Origin: Patescibacteria group bacterium
Lineage (GTDB): Bacteria > Patescibacteriota > UBA1384 > XYA2-FULL-43-10
Direction of reading: 5' to 3'
NCBI GenBank assembly: GCA_041674405.1
Contig: JBAYVT010000004.1
Coordinates: 30,001 to 62,000, forward strand
Length of the DNA stretch: 32,000 nt
In this document: piece after piece, positions 1 to 8,034 of the stretch
Layout of the letters: each line of letters begins with the position of its first letter
Position numbering within the stretch: position 1 is the first letter of the stretch
The notes under the pieces: generated by a model
Databases searched by the model: none
Seen by the model: the letters and a program-made list of their open reading frames with translations, nothing else
Told to the model about the DNA's origin: nothing
Made by a program: the position numbers and the translations under genes

Positions 1-281
1 TAAATTTCATTTCTGACTTTAAGCTCAACAGCTATTTTCCCTGCCACAAGGAAATCTAAATAATATTTACCGACTTTTTTACCGTTGAATGTAACAAATC
101 CGTATTTCTCACGCTGAAATTCAAGTTGTTTTTTTGCAAGTGACTCTGATAACGCATTCTGATAGGTTTTTTCAGACAGCCCATATCCTAGCGCCTTATA
201 CACCTCGAAAGCACATCCAATAATATTTCTGGTCAGTTCTATCTCAGGATATTCGTCATTATCAAATCGATTTATATTCAT
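1..281 (-). CDS. GxxExxY-family protein (PD-(D/E)XK nuclease-like), C-terminus cut by window edge
   Basis: Absent from the ORF track because there is no stop in the window. Hand translation from the ATG at 281-279 gives MNINRFDNDEYPEIELTRNIIGCAFEVYKALGYGLSEKTYQNALSESLAKKQLEFQREKYGFVTFNGKKVGKYYLDFLVAGKIAVELKV. It contains the family-defining G-x-x-E-x-x-Y (GLSEKTY) and a D...VELK nuclease-like core. Confidence 0.7.
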   Translation of the reverse strand, partial: MNINRFDNDEYPEIELTRNIIGCAFEVYKALGYGLSEKTYQNALSESLAKKQLEFQREKYGFVTFNGKKVGKYYLDFLVAGKIAVELKVRNEI

Positions 282-288
282 TTCCCCC

Positions 289-360
289 TTCTGTGTTTTT
301 CTGTGGACCGTTTTTCTGTGACCGTCCCTTCCGTGTTCTTCTGTGGGTTGTGCTTCTGTG
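289..360. repeat. Array of six same-orientation TTCTGTG/TTCCGTG heptamers (CACAGAA on the minus strand)
   Basis: Heptamers start at 289, 299, 314, 329, 339 and 354, spaced 10/15/15/10/15 bp. The array fills the spacer between the ndk stop (366) and the GxxExxY gene start (281). Confidence 0.8.
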
Positions 361-365
361 ACCGT

Positions 366-977
366 CTACTCGTTGAACATCACGCTATGATCTGACCGCT
401 TATATTCATCATGAATATCTTCATCAGAAAACCAATGGGTAATCTCATGCTCGGCCTCTTCTGGCGTTTCCGAAGCATGCATGATGTTCTTAATTGCCCG
501 ACCTTCTAGGTTTGCAGCCGCAGGTGAGTCTACTGAAAAATCTCCCCTCACAGTGCCAATTTCAGCCTTGGACGGAAGGGTATTACCAGCAATTTTGCGC
601 ACCATATCAATAGCGTGCACACCCTCGACAATCATTGCAACAACAGGAGCATCAAGGAGATAATCAACCAACCATTTTCGAACCATTTTTCCGGCTTCTT
701 TCTTTGAATCGGTGCCCATCATTTCTTTTGGATCGATGCCATATTCCTCAAAGACCGTAAAACCTTTGTGCCCGAGCCTTTCTATCCAGGCTTCGTCCTT
801 TGGGTAATGATTATCGATGTGTTCAAGTGATGGCTTGACCATTTTAAGAGCAACGATTTTCAGCCCGCGATTCTCAAGCCGTTTAATTACTTCGCCAACC
901 AATCCCCTCTGTACCCCGTCCGGCTTGACTAGTACGAGCGATCTTTGAATCGCAATCTTTAATTTCTTTTCCGCCAT
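366..977 (-). CDS. ndk: Nucleoside diphosphate kinase, long form
   Basis: RSLVLVKPDGVQRGLVGEVIKRLENRGLKIVALKM is the classic NDK N-terminal signature. The catalytic His context is NIMHASET. At 203 aa it is longer than the usual 140-150 aa. Confidence 0.9.
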   Translation of the reverse strand: MAEKKLKIAIQRSLVLVKPDGVQRGLVGEVIKRLENRGLKIVALKMVKPSLEHIDNHYPKDEAWIERLGHKGFTVFEEYGIDPKEMMGTDSKKEAGKMVRKWLVDYLLDAPVVAMIVEGVHAIDMVRKIAGNTLPSKAEIGTVRGDFSVDSPAAANLEGRAIKNIMHASETPEEAEHEITHWFSDEDIHDEYKRSDHSVMFNE

Positions 978-985
978 AAGTTCTC

Positions 986-2257
986 CTATCCATTTAAAAT
1001 TTTCTTAAGCTTCTTGTCGTCAAGAAAAGGCCCGACAACAGACACCAACATTTTATCAAAGTTGATGTATTTTTTCGCCACCCGTATTACGTCTTTGGCC
1101 GTTACTTCTTCAAATTTGGCAATGACTTCCTCGGGCGCCATGAGCTTTTCATGGATTATTTCCATCCGCATCAGCGATTCTGCCAAATTTTCCGAATCTT
1201 CCATTCCGATCGATATCGCACTTTTCATAAGTTCTTTAGCGCGCTTTATTTCCTCGTCTTTTGGGCCATCTTTGACAATTTTCCGGTATTCATTGATTAT
1301 CGCCCTGGATGCTTTCTCGATATTTTCATGCGCAACATTGGCAAGGGTAACCAGCGACCCAGCATCGGAGTATGCGATGTGCTCAGTCTCAGCTGCATAT
1401 GCCAGACCTAGTTTTTCTCTTACTTCAACAAACATTCTGGAGCTGGATGATCCGCCCAATATTTCCGCCAAGATTTTAAACGCATATCTATCTTCCAAAT
1501 CCCTGAGTCCAGGACCGGCAAAACCGATTATTAAATTCGTTTGCTCTGTTTTTCTTTGCCCGGAAACCTCTCTTGCAACATCAAGTGTACCCGATGTAAT
1601 AATTTCAGATTTTTTGCCACTTTTCGCTGTAAAATACTTTTCAGCCTCACAGACAACTTTTTCTTCTGTAAGATTGCCAAGGTTACCGCATATGACGACC
1701 ACAATATTCTCGGCAATGTAATGATCCTGCTCAAATTCCAATAGCTCTTCGTGTTTGATTTTTCGCACAGATTCAACGGTGCCTGCAATTCTTCGTCCAA
1801 GTGATTTTTCTGTAAAAATATTTTCTTCGAAAAGTTCAATCACTTCTTCCATTGGTCTATCTTTGTGCATCTTGATATCTTCGATCACAACGTTTTTTTC
1901 GCGGTTAAACTCTTCTTTGGAATTTATCGGATTGATCAAATTATCTGAGAGGTAATCAAGGACCTCAACCAAGTGATCGGAAGATATTTTGACATGATAA
2001 GCCGTAAGCTCCTTATCGGTATAAGCGTTATAAATGCCGCCGATATCGTTGATAAAGTCGTTCACCTTAGAAGGAGTGGGGCGTTTTTTCGATCCCTTGA
2101 AGCTCATGTGCTCAATAAAATGGGAAACTCCCGACAAATTCTCCGGTTCATACCGGCTGCCGACAGCAACGCCAACCATCACCGCCACCGCATTTGTTTC
2201 TTCCCGTGGGGCAATAATCAGCCGAACTCCATTTTTGAGCGTGTATTTCTTGAACAA
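986..2257 (-). CDS. M16-family (pitrilysin/insulinase-like) zinc peptidase
   Basis: HFIEHMSFKG carries the inverted zincin motif HxxEH near the N-terminus. The 423-aa two-lobe size fits the family. Confidence 0.85.
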   Translation of the reverse strand: MFKKYTLKNGVRLIIAPREETNAVAVMVGVAVGSRYEPENLSGVSHFIEHMSFKGSKKRPTPSKVNDFINDIGGIYNAYTDKELTAYHVKISSDHLVEVLDYLSDNLINPINSKEEFNREKNVVIEDIKMHKDRPMEEVIELFEENIFTEKSLGRRIAGTVESVRKIKHEELLEFEQDHYIAENIVVVICGNLGNLTEEKVVCEAEKYFTAKSGKKSEIITSGTLDVAREVSGQRKTEQTNLIIGFAGPGLRDLEDRYAFKILAEILGGSSSSRMFVEVREKLGLAYAAETEHIAYSDAGSLVTLANVAHENIEKASRAIINEYRKIVKDGPKDEEIKRAKELMKSAISIGMEDSENLAESLMRMEIIHEKLMAPEEVIAKFEEVTAKDVIRVAKKYINFDKMLVSVVGPFLDDKKLKKILNG

Positions 2258-2258
2258 T

Positions 2259-2603
2259 TTATTTCTTCGAATTATTTATGCTTGGCAGATCTGATAGAGC
2301 AATAATATCCAATGCAATTTCTTCGTAAGGATGATTTTCCTTAATGACTTCTAGCGCTTTTTCAATGTCAGATTTAGGACAGATGAATTCCAGTTTCACC
2401 TCTTCGGCTTCCTCAATTTTTCCAACTTCACCAATCGCCGGATCTGCGCCTTTGAGGGGCCGAAAATATCCTTTGCCCTCTGATATGAATGAACAATAAT
2501 CATAATTGCCCATTTTGCCAATACCGGCTTTGCCGAGAGCAAGTCGTAATTGTTCAATGTGATTTTTTGGCACGAAAACATAGATTTTAACAAATTGATT
2601 CAT
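2259..2603 (-). CDS. Small PII-like-fold protein resembling the Nif3/YqfO insert domain (COG3323-like)
   Basis: 114 aa. The pattern KIYVFVPKNHIEQLRLALGKAGIGKMGNYDYCSF...GYFRPLKGADPAIGEVGKIEEAEEVKLEF is recalled from that family. An AGGAG SD precedes the ATG at 2603. Confidence 0.5.
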   Translation of the reverse strand: MNQFVKIYVFVPKNHIEQLRLALGKAGIGKMGNYDYCSFISEGKGYFRPLKGADPAIGEVGKIEEAEEVKLEFICPKSDIEKALEVIKENHPYEEIALDIIALSDLPSINNSKK

Positions 2604-2619
2604 GACCTATCTCCTCTTA

Positions 2620-2727
2620 CGGAAAGCTCCGCCCGAAAAGTCCCTACGGGGCATTTCCCGACTCCTTCCCGTTTGAATCCCATCAAAAAGTCCAACCGCA
2701 TAGCCCGACGAATCGGGCGACGTGGAA
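2620..2727 (-). repeat. tRNA-Ser-trailing conserved element, copy 1
   Basis: The minus-strand sequence directly after the CCA of tRNA-Ser(UGA) is ttCCACGTcGCCCGATTcgTCGGGCTATGCGG...ATTcaAACGGGAAGGaGTCGGGAAA. It matches 14555-14624 block for block, and block 2 lies at 2654-2678. Confidence 0.7.
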
Positions 2728-2818
2728 TGGCGGAGAGAGTGGGATTCGAACCCACGAGAGCCTTGCAGCCCTACCTGTTTTCAAGACAGGCGCACTAGAC
2801 CAACTATGCGATCTCTCC
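2728..2818 (-). tRNA. tRNA-Ser (anticodon UGA)
   Basis: Reverse complement is GGAGAGA..CCTGT-CTTGAAA-ACAGG..long variable arm..GTGGG-TTCGAAT-CCCAC-TCTCTCC-G-CCA. All stems pair and CCA is encoded. Confidence 0.92.
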
Positions 2819-2819
2819 A

Positions 2820-2912
2820 TGGCGGAAGGTGTGGGATTCGAACCCACGTGGCGGCTTTTAGACCACCGACGGTTTAGCAAACCGTTCCCTTAAGCCTCTC
2901 GGGCAACCTTCC
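2820..2912 (-). tRNA. tRNA-Ser (anticodon GCU)
   Basis: Reverse complement is GGAAGGT..ACGGT-TTGCTAA-ACCGT..long variable arm..GTGGG-TTCGAAT-CCCAC-ACCTTCC-G-CCA. Only 1 nt (2819) separates it from the next tRNA. Confidence 0.92.
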
Positions 2913-3036
2913 ATTTACTTGACGATTCTAACAGAAAAATACTCTCGGAGCAACCGTTTTGTGCGCAAAATTCATATCTGGAGTATAATGCAATTATTGT
3001 AATTCTCTCGACTACGCTCGAGATAAAGGAGGCTAT

Positions 3037-3267
3037 ATGAGCGAAGTTAAATTAGGCAAATATAGACATTTCAAAGGCATGATTGTCGATGTCATCGGCA
3101 TTGCACTCCACAGCGAAACGATCGAGGAGATGGTTGTTTACAACCACCCCGATCCGGTGAAGGGCAAAGACGCCAATACGATGTGGGTCCGCCCGAAAGC
3201 GATGTTTCTAGAAACCGTTGAGAAAGACGGCAAAACTATCCCGCGATTTGAATACATTGGGGGGTAA
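3037..3267 (+). CDS. DUF1653-family protein
   Basis: GKYRHFKG...ALHSETIEEMVVY...WVRPKAMFLE matches the remembered DUF1653 pattern. An AAGGAGG SD lies upstream. Confidence 0.7.
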   Translation: MSEVKLGKYRHFKGMIVDVIGIALHSETIEEMVVYNHPDPVKGKDANTMWVRPKAMFLETVEKDGKTIPRFEYIGG

Positions 3268-3692
3268 TGCAAACAAGATTTTATAAAAATGAAGATTATG
3301 AATCTGTCAAATCAATTCTTTCGGAAGCAGATATGTTCGACGAGGTTTGGGATAGCAAACAACATCTCGCAAAAAAGATTCAATTAGAAGCCAAGGGCAT
3401 TCTCTTAGCCGTAGAAAATAAGGAAATCATCGGCTGCATTTATGTAAATCGTAATCCTTGGGCTTGTTTTCTGTATCGGTTAGCAGTGAGAAAACAATAT
3501 CGCAAAAAAGGGGCAGGAACGCTTTTGATTGAGACTGCTACCAACATGCTGCAAGAGGAAGGTGTTGAAGAAGTCGCAATTTATGTTGATTCCTCGAATG
3601 AAGATCTTCAAAATTTTTATGAAAAACGCGGATTTATCAAGGGCGGTCTTTATAGATGCATGTATAAAAAGCTTGATGGTGAAGACGAATGA
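3267..3692 (+). CDS. GNAT-family N-acetyltransferase
   Basis: LAVRKQYRKKGAGTLLIETA is the acetyl-CoA-binding Q/RxxGxG/A-type motif. The start overlaps the upstream stop (TAATG). Confidence 0.8.
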   Translation: MQTRFYKNEDYESVKSILSEADMFDEVWDSKQHLAKKIQLEAKGILLAVENKEIIGCIYVNRNPWACFLYRLAVRKQYRKKGAGTLLIETATNMLQEEGVEEVAIYVDSSNEDLQNFYEKRGFIKGGLYRCMYKKLDGEDE

Positions 3693-4264
3693 AAGTCCTC
3701 TTAATCGACAACAATACCAAGCATTTGAAAGAGCTCCGTGATCTTATCGAAGGTTGCGGGCATACTTCGGATACGATCAAATACACCGAGGCCAGCTCCG
3801 CAATCGCAGACCGATACGATCTCTCGATAATCACCGGTGGCCATCTTCTGGCGATTCCGAACCATAAGGAAGATTTGGCCCCGCAAATTGCGATGATCAA
3901 AGACATGCAGAAGCCGCTTCTGGGAATCTGTCACGGATTTCAACTCATAGCCTACACTTTCGGCGCCAAGCTTCACTACCGCACCGAACGGCTCAAAGGA
4001 ATCATCGAGGTCAATGTCTCTAAAACCGATCCTATCTTCGGTGAACTTACGAAGTTCGACGCGTTTGTGTCACACAAATATTACATCATGCGTCTGCCGA
4101 AAGAGCTTATCGAATTAGCGAGATCAAAATACAATATCGAGGCATTAAAACACAATAATCGGCCAATTTATGGCTTTCAGTTTCACCCTGAAGTAATAAC
4201 CCCGGGCAACACCAGCGGCCAAATATTGATCAATCTTTTTCGTGAAATTGAAAAACGCTCGTAA
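3689..4264 (+). CDS. Class I glutamine amidotransferase-like protein
   Basis: LLGICHGFQL is the nucleophile elbow with Cys, and YGFQFHPEV is the His/Glu region. It has an ATGA overlap with the upstream GNAT gene. Confidence 0.8.
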   Translation: MKVLLIDNNTKHLKELRDLIEGCGHTSDTIKYTEASSAIADRYDLSIITGGHLLAIPNHKEDLAPQIAMIKDMQKPLLGICHGFQLIAYTFGAKLHYRTERLKGIIEVNVSKTDPIFGELTKFDAFVSHKYYIMRLPKELIELARSKYNIEALKHNNRPIYGFQFHPEVITPGNTSGQILINLFREIEKRS

Positions 4265-4296
4265 TTTCTATTTTTCATCAAATTTTTATTACTTTT

Positions 4297-4324
4297 TTGA
4301 CAGAATCTTCAAAAGTTTTATAAT
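4297..4324 (+). promoter_or_regulatory. Sigma70-type promoter TTGACA-N16-TATAAT
   Basis: TTGACA at 4297-4302 and TATAAT at 4319-4324, about 30 nt upstream of the 4354 start. Confidence 0.6.
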
Positions 4325-4353
4325 GGAAGTAGCTATTATTTCTCGGAGGGATT

Positions 4354-4860
4354 TTGGCAAACGACCCAAAAACCACAGCTCCCAAGATTGACTTGTCCAA
4401 CGAGAAGCCGCTTTTTCAGTGGAAAGCAAATGAATTTGCGGAATATTCCAAAAATTCTTCTTGGTATCTATTGGTGATCGTGGTTGCGATTGCAATTGCA
4501 GCCGTGTTTTGGTGGCTTAAGAACTGGACTGCCATCGGAGTTGTAGCGGCAGCGGCTATTGCCCTCATTGCACAAGCCAAGACCAAGCCGAAAAGTGTAT
4601 CTGTCCAGCTATTTAGGGAAGGTATTGTTGTAAATAATAAAGTCTATCCTTATGATTCCTTAAAATCTTTTTGGATTATTTCCGGAGACCATCCGGTTTT
4701 TCGGCTCGAGCAAACCGGGTTTCTAAGGCCGCACATCAATGTGCCTATTGCCGAAGAAGATCCAGCACAGATTCAGCTTTTTTTGGCAAAATTTTTACCT
4801 GAAAACGAGAAAAAAGGCGAGGATATTGCCGATATCATCCAGAGATGGACGCGATTCTAA
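4354..4860 (+). CDS. Hypothetical membrane protein (two adjacent TM helices)
   Basis: WYLLVIVVAIAIAAVFWWL and AIGVVAAAAIALIA are hydrophobic helices. The start is TTG, preceded by GGAGGG. No family was recognised. Confidence 0.5.
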   Translation: MANDPKTTAPKIDLSNEKPLFQWKANEFAEYSKNSSWYLLVIVVAIAIAAVFWWLKNWTAIGVVAAAAIALIAQAKTKPKSVSVQLFREGIVVNNKVYPYDSLKSFWIISGDHPVFRLEQTGFLRPHINVPIAEEDPAQIQLFLAKFLPENEKKGEDIADIIQRWTRF

Positions 4861-4920
4861 AGAAGTTAAAAGTGGAAAGTATAAAAAAATGCACAGGAGA
4901 GTGCTTTTTTGTTTGGTTTT

Positions 4921-5550
4921 CTAAAGAGGCTTTAATTCGTCCTTAAATCTTTCAATCATAAATTTAAGATCAGGAGTGAAAGAATCTGGATTTTTATCGA
5001 TCTCGTGCAAAAGTTCGTCCATTGAGAAAACTTCTATTCCACACGATTCTCCGTCGACAAATTTCAACACACCATTATAATAGCCGATGTAATAACAAGT
5101 AATATACGGCTGAATGAATTTTTTACCATCAATTGAAGTTCTCTCTGAATCCAAATCTGCCGGCCCGAGCAATTTTTTAACGAGTCCAATAACTTCAAGA
5201 TTTGTGGATTTCACAGCTTTTGAAAAATCCTCGTCGCTAATTACTGCGACTGGAATCCCAAGTTCCTCGGCACATTCACGAACGACCGTGATCTCCCAGT
5301 GTCCCCCGGAGCTAAGATGCCCCCCTACTGTCTTGTCGTATAGCCCAGGGTTTTCAGGTTTTATTCGGCTTCTCTTTTGCAAATAAATCCTGCCGTCCGT
5401 GTTCAGAAGAAGTAGTCTGATAGATTTAACCCTACTAGAGACTTTTCCCGTCTTTTCAAACTCTTCTTTGCTTTCAATAAAGTATTTCTTCCGGTCTTCA
5501 ACCCTAAGTAGGTTGCCTTCGAGATCATATATATCTAATTTCTCAGCCAT
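4921..5550 (-). CDS. NUDIX hydrolase family protein
   Basis: GGHLSSGGHWEITVVRECAEELGI fits the Nudix box GX5EX7REUXEEXGU. Confidence 0.8.
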   Translation of the reverse strand: MAEKLDIYDLEGNLLRVEDRKKYFIESKEEFEKTGKVSSRVKSIRLLLLNTDGRIYLQKRSRIKPENPGLYDKTVGGHLSSGGHWEITVVRECAEELGIPVAVISDEDFSKAVKSTNLEVIGLVKKLLGPADLDSERTSIDGKKFIQPYITCYYIGYYNGVLKFVDGESCGIEVFSMDELLHEIDKNPDSFTPDLKFMIERFKDELKPL

Positions 5551-5592
5551 ATTGATTCCATAATATTAACTTCGGCCTCTGATTTTGAGTTA

Positions 5593-5668
5593 TGGTACGC
5601 CCGGCAGGAATTGAACCTGCGACCTTCTGGACCGCAACCAGACGCTCTATCCACTGAGCTACGGGCGC
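5593..5668 (-). tRNA. tRNA-Arg (anticodon GCG)
   Basis: Reverse complement is GCGCCCG-TA-GCTC..TCTGG-TTGCGGT-CCAGA..GCAGG-TTCAATT-CCTGC-CGGGCGT-A-CCA. It is 76 nt with a G1-U72 wobble. Confidence 0.88.
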
Positions 5669-5743
5669 AAACACGCATTATATTAGCATTATTTTAAGAT
5701 TATTTCTAGACTTTCCACTTTGCACTTTTCACTTGAAACTATT

Positions 5744-6444
5744 TTATCCGTGCGCCACTACAACGCCGTACACTTTCTTCGCCCCGGCGGCCTTTAGAAC
5801 TTTCGCACATTCGTTTAAGGTTGTTCCGGTAGTCGCAACATCATCAATCAATAAAACGTTTTTTCCGTGCACAAATTCATCGTCTTCAACGCGAAAAACC
5901 CCTGTAAGATTAGAAAGCCTTTCGTTTCGCTTAAGGGTAGCTTGGGGTTTTTGATCTTTTATTCTTGATAGCGCATCACAGCCGGGAATTCCAAGCTTAT
6001 TTGAAACGTATTTTCCGATCAATTCTGACTGGTTGAATCCCCTTTCTGCCTTCCGTTTCAGCGAGAGTGGAACTGATACAATTACACAATTATCGGGTAT
6101 AGCTTCGAGCAATAATCGCTCTACCAACAATTCTCCGAGTATGCCGGCAAGGTCGACAAATCCTGAATATTTTAAGTGATGAATAATTTCCTTTGTCGGT
6201 CCCGCGTCATAAGTCGCAGCCGACATAATGCCATTTATCATAAAACCCAGGTTTTTTTGCAGTTGAGACAATACGAGCCAAATTTGATGATTTTACCGCA
6301 TTCCGGACAAGTCGATGTGGCGATTTTTTCGATTTTACTGGCACAACCAAAACACAAATGATTGCCATATTTGCCACAAGAAATACATTTTTTCGGATAA
6401 AATATGTCAATGATCGTATTTAGATATTGTCTGGTTAAACCCAT
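5744..6444 (-). pseudogene. comFC: ComF-family phosphoribosyltransferase (ComFC-like) split by a frameshift in an A7 run
   Basis: The N-terminal Cys-rich part (MGLTRQYLNTIIDIFYPKKCISCGKYGNHLCFGCASKI...CPECGKII..YCLNCKK) is in one frame and stops at 6238. The PRTase part (LLIDDVATTGTTL) is in another frame, 5744-6271. The two frames meet at tgcAAAAAAAcctgg (A-run 6253-6259). Confidence 0.75.
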
Positions 6445-6569
6445 ACATATATAATTAATGTTTTGCTGTTGACTAGTTTTTTTTACTGATTTACAATTAC
6501 ATTGTATATTATAATTGAATATCGCAATTATTCTGGATATCCTGAGGATTTGCCGCTCAAAGGAGGGAA

Positions 6570-6938
6570 ATGACAGAGGAGGACAAAAATGACTGGGCGG
6601 ATGGCGAAAGTGAAGGACAACTAGCAATAGATGTCTATCATGACGACCAAGCCGTATATATTTTGGCGCCAATAGCCGGTGTCAAGGCTTCTGATGTTGA
6701 CATTTCCATCACAGATGAGGTTGTTACCATACGCGGCGAACGAAGCCCCGGTCACGATACCGGAGACGAAAAACATTTTACAAAAGAGTGCTATTGGGGG
6801 CCATTTTCCCGATCTTATGTTATGCCTATTGCGGTCGCTTCCGAAAAAGCAAAGGCAATACTTAAAGACGGCCTTCTTAAAATTGTGATTCCAAAAGACG
6901 AAAAAGTTAAAACAAAAATAATAAAAGTTGAGGAATAG
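6570..6938 (+). CDS. Hsp20/alpha-crystallin small heat-shock protein
   Basis: AIDVYHDDQAVYILAPIAGVKASDVDISITDEVVTIRGER...LKDGLLKIVIPK is the alpha-crystallin domain pattern. An AAGGAGGG SD lies upstream. Confidence 0.85.
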   Translation: MTEEDKNDWADGESEGQLAIDVYHDDQAVYILAPIAGVKASDVDISITDEVVTIRGERSPGHDTGDEKHFTKECYWGPFSRSYVMPIAVASEKAKAILKDGLLKIVIPKDEKVKTKIIKVEE

Positions 6939-6976
6939 TTCACAATTAGTAGTTTGTAGTCCTTGGTTTGCTAATT

Positions 6977-7012
6977 AATTACCGCTTGGAGCTTGGCGGT
7001 AATTTGTGTTTT
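6977..7012 (+). terminator. Rho-independent terminator after hsp20
   Basis: AATTACCGC (6977-6985) pairs with GCGGTAATT (6996-7004), followed by TTGTGTTTT. Confidence 0.7.
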
Positions 7013-7077
7013 AATTAAGGTGTGATGGTTTTCCCTACTGACTACGGACTACCCCCTAATGACTAAAAGGAGTTTTT

Positions 7078-7953
7078 ATGAAAATTCGCAAAGCCGTTAT
7101 TCCGGCAGCAGGTTACGGAACAAGATTTTTGCCGGCAACCAAATCTATCCCAAAAGAAATGCTGCCGATTGTCGACAAACCAACCATTCAGTATGTGATC
7201 GAAGAGGCTGTTGAGTCAGGAATAGAAGATATCATTATCGTCACCGGTAGTACCAAGAGAGCAATCGAGGACCACTTCGACCACAGCCTGGAACTTGAAG
7301 GACAACTACAAAAAGCGGGAAAGATAGATCAATTAGAACAAATCCAAAAAATTGCCAGGATGGCGAATTTTATTTACGTGCGCCAGAAAGGGGCTTACGG
7401 TAATGGTACGCCTGTTCTTAACGCAGAGCACATCATAGGAAATGAGCCTTTTGCAGTTCTTTGGGGCGATGAGTTTATTGCTGGTAATCCTCCGCGATTG
7501 AAACAGTCGATAGAAGTATTTGACGAGTTTAAGAGGCCAGTTATTTCAGCTGTTCGAGTCGAAAAAAAGGAAGATCTGTCCCGTTATGGCATTGGCGATG
7601 TAACGCTGGTAAGAGACAATATCTTCGAAATTAACGAGATAGTCGAAAAGCCTGATCCGGACAAAGCGCCGTCAAATTTAGCCACGCATGGAGCCTACAT
7701 CCTAACTCCAGATATTTTTGATGCTTTAAAGAGTCAGAAACCTGGAAAAGGCGGTGAAATTTGGTTAGTAGATGGAATAAATGAACTTAAAAAGAAGGGT
7801 CCGATCTATGCCTGCGAAATTAAGGGCGGCAAATATTATGACTGCGGGAATATTACAGAATATCTAAAGACCAATGTCGAGCTTGCCTTGAAGCGCCCGG
7901 ATCTCCAGGAGGAATTTGGGGAATTTATAAAAGAAACTGCCTCGAAATTGTAA
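7078..7953 (+). CDS. galU: UTP-glucose-1-phosphate uridylyltransferase
   Basis: KAVIPAAGYGTRFLPATKSIPKEMLPIVDKPTIQYVIEEA is the canonical GalU N-terminus. Confidence 0.9.
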   Translation: MKIRKAVIPAAGYGTRFLPATKSIPKEMLPIVDKPTIQYVIEEAVESGIEDIIIVTGSTKRAIEDHFDHSLELEGQLQKAGKIDQLEQIQKIARMANFIYVRQKGAYGNGTPVLNAEHIIGNEPFAVLWGDEFIAGNPPRLKQSIEVFDEFKRPVISAVRVEKKEDLSRYGIGDVTLVRDNIFEINEIVEKPDPDKAPSNLATHGAYILTPDIFDALKSQKPGKGGEIWLVDGINELKKKGPIYACEIKGGKYYDCGNITEYLKTNVELALKRPDLQEEFGEFIKETASKL

Positions 7954-8034
7954 AAGTGGTTGTTTTGTACAAAATGTTGTATCATGTTATCAGATACATT
8001 GATAGATGTCCTTGTTTATAAAAGGTGAGGGGAT

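Noticed and set aside
1014-1721. 235-aa plus-strand ORF antisense to the M16 peptidase gene
   Set aside because: It lies entirely inside a well-supported minus-strand gene. It is Ser/Ile/Phe-rich and low in complexity, with no SD or promoter. This is the typical shadow ORF of an AT-rich coding region.
2604-2727. The tRNA-trailing element as a small protein-coding gene (shared FPTPSR peptide in ORFs 2550-2798 and 14579-14773)
   Set aside because: The shared peptide is on the strand opposite the tRNAs. It is broken by indels between the copies, and both ORFs run into tRNA sequence. The similarity is at the nucleotide level.
6445-6672. N-terminal 76 codons of ORF 6238-6672, which overlap the hsp20 start region
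   Set aside because: ComF-type sequence begins only at the Met at 6444. The upstream part crosses the divergent promoter region and the start of the hsp20 gene.
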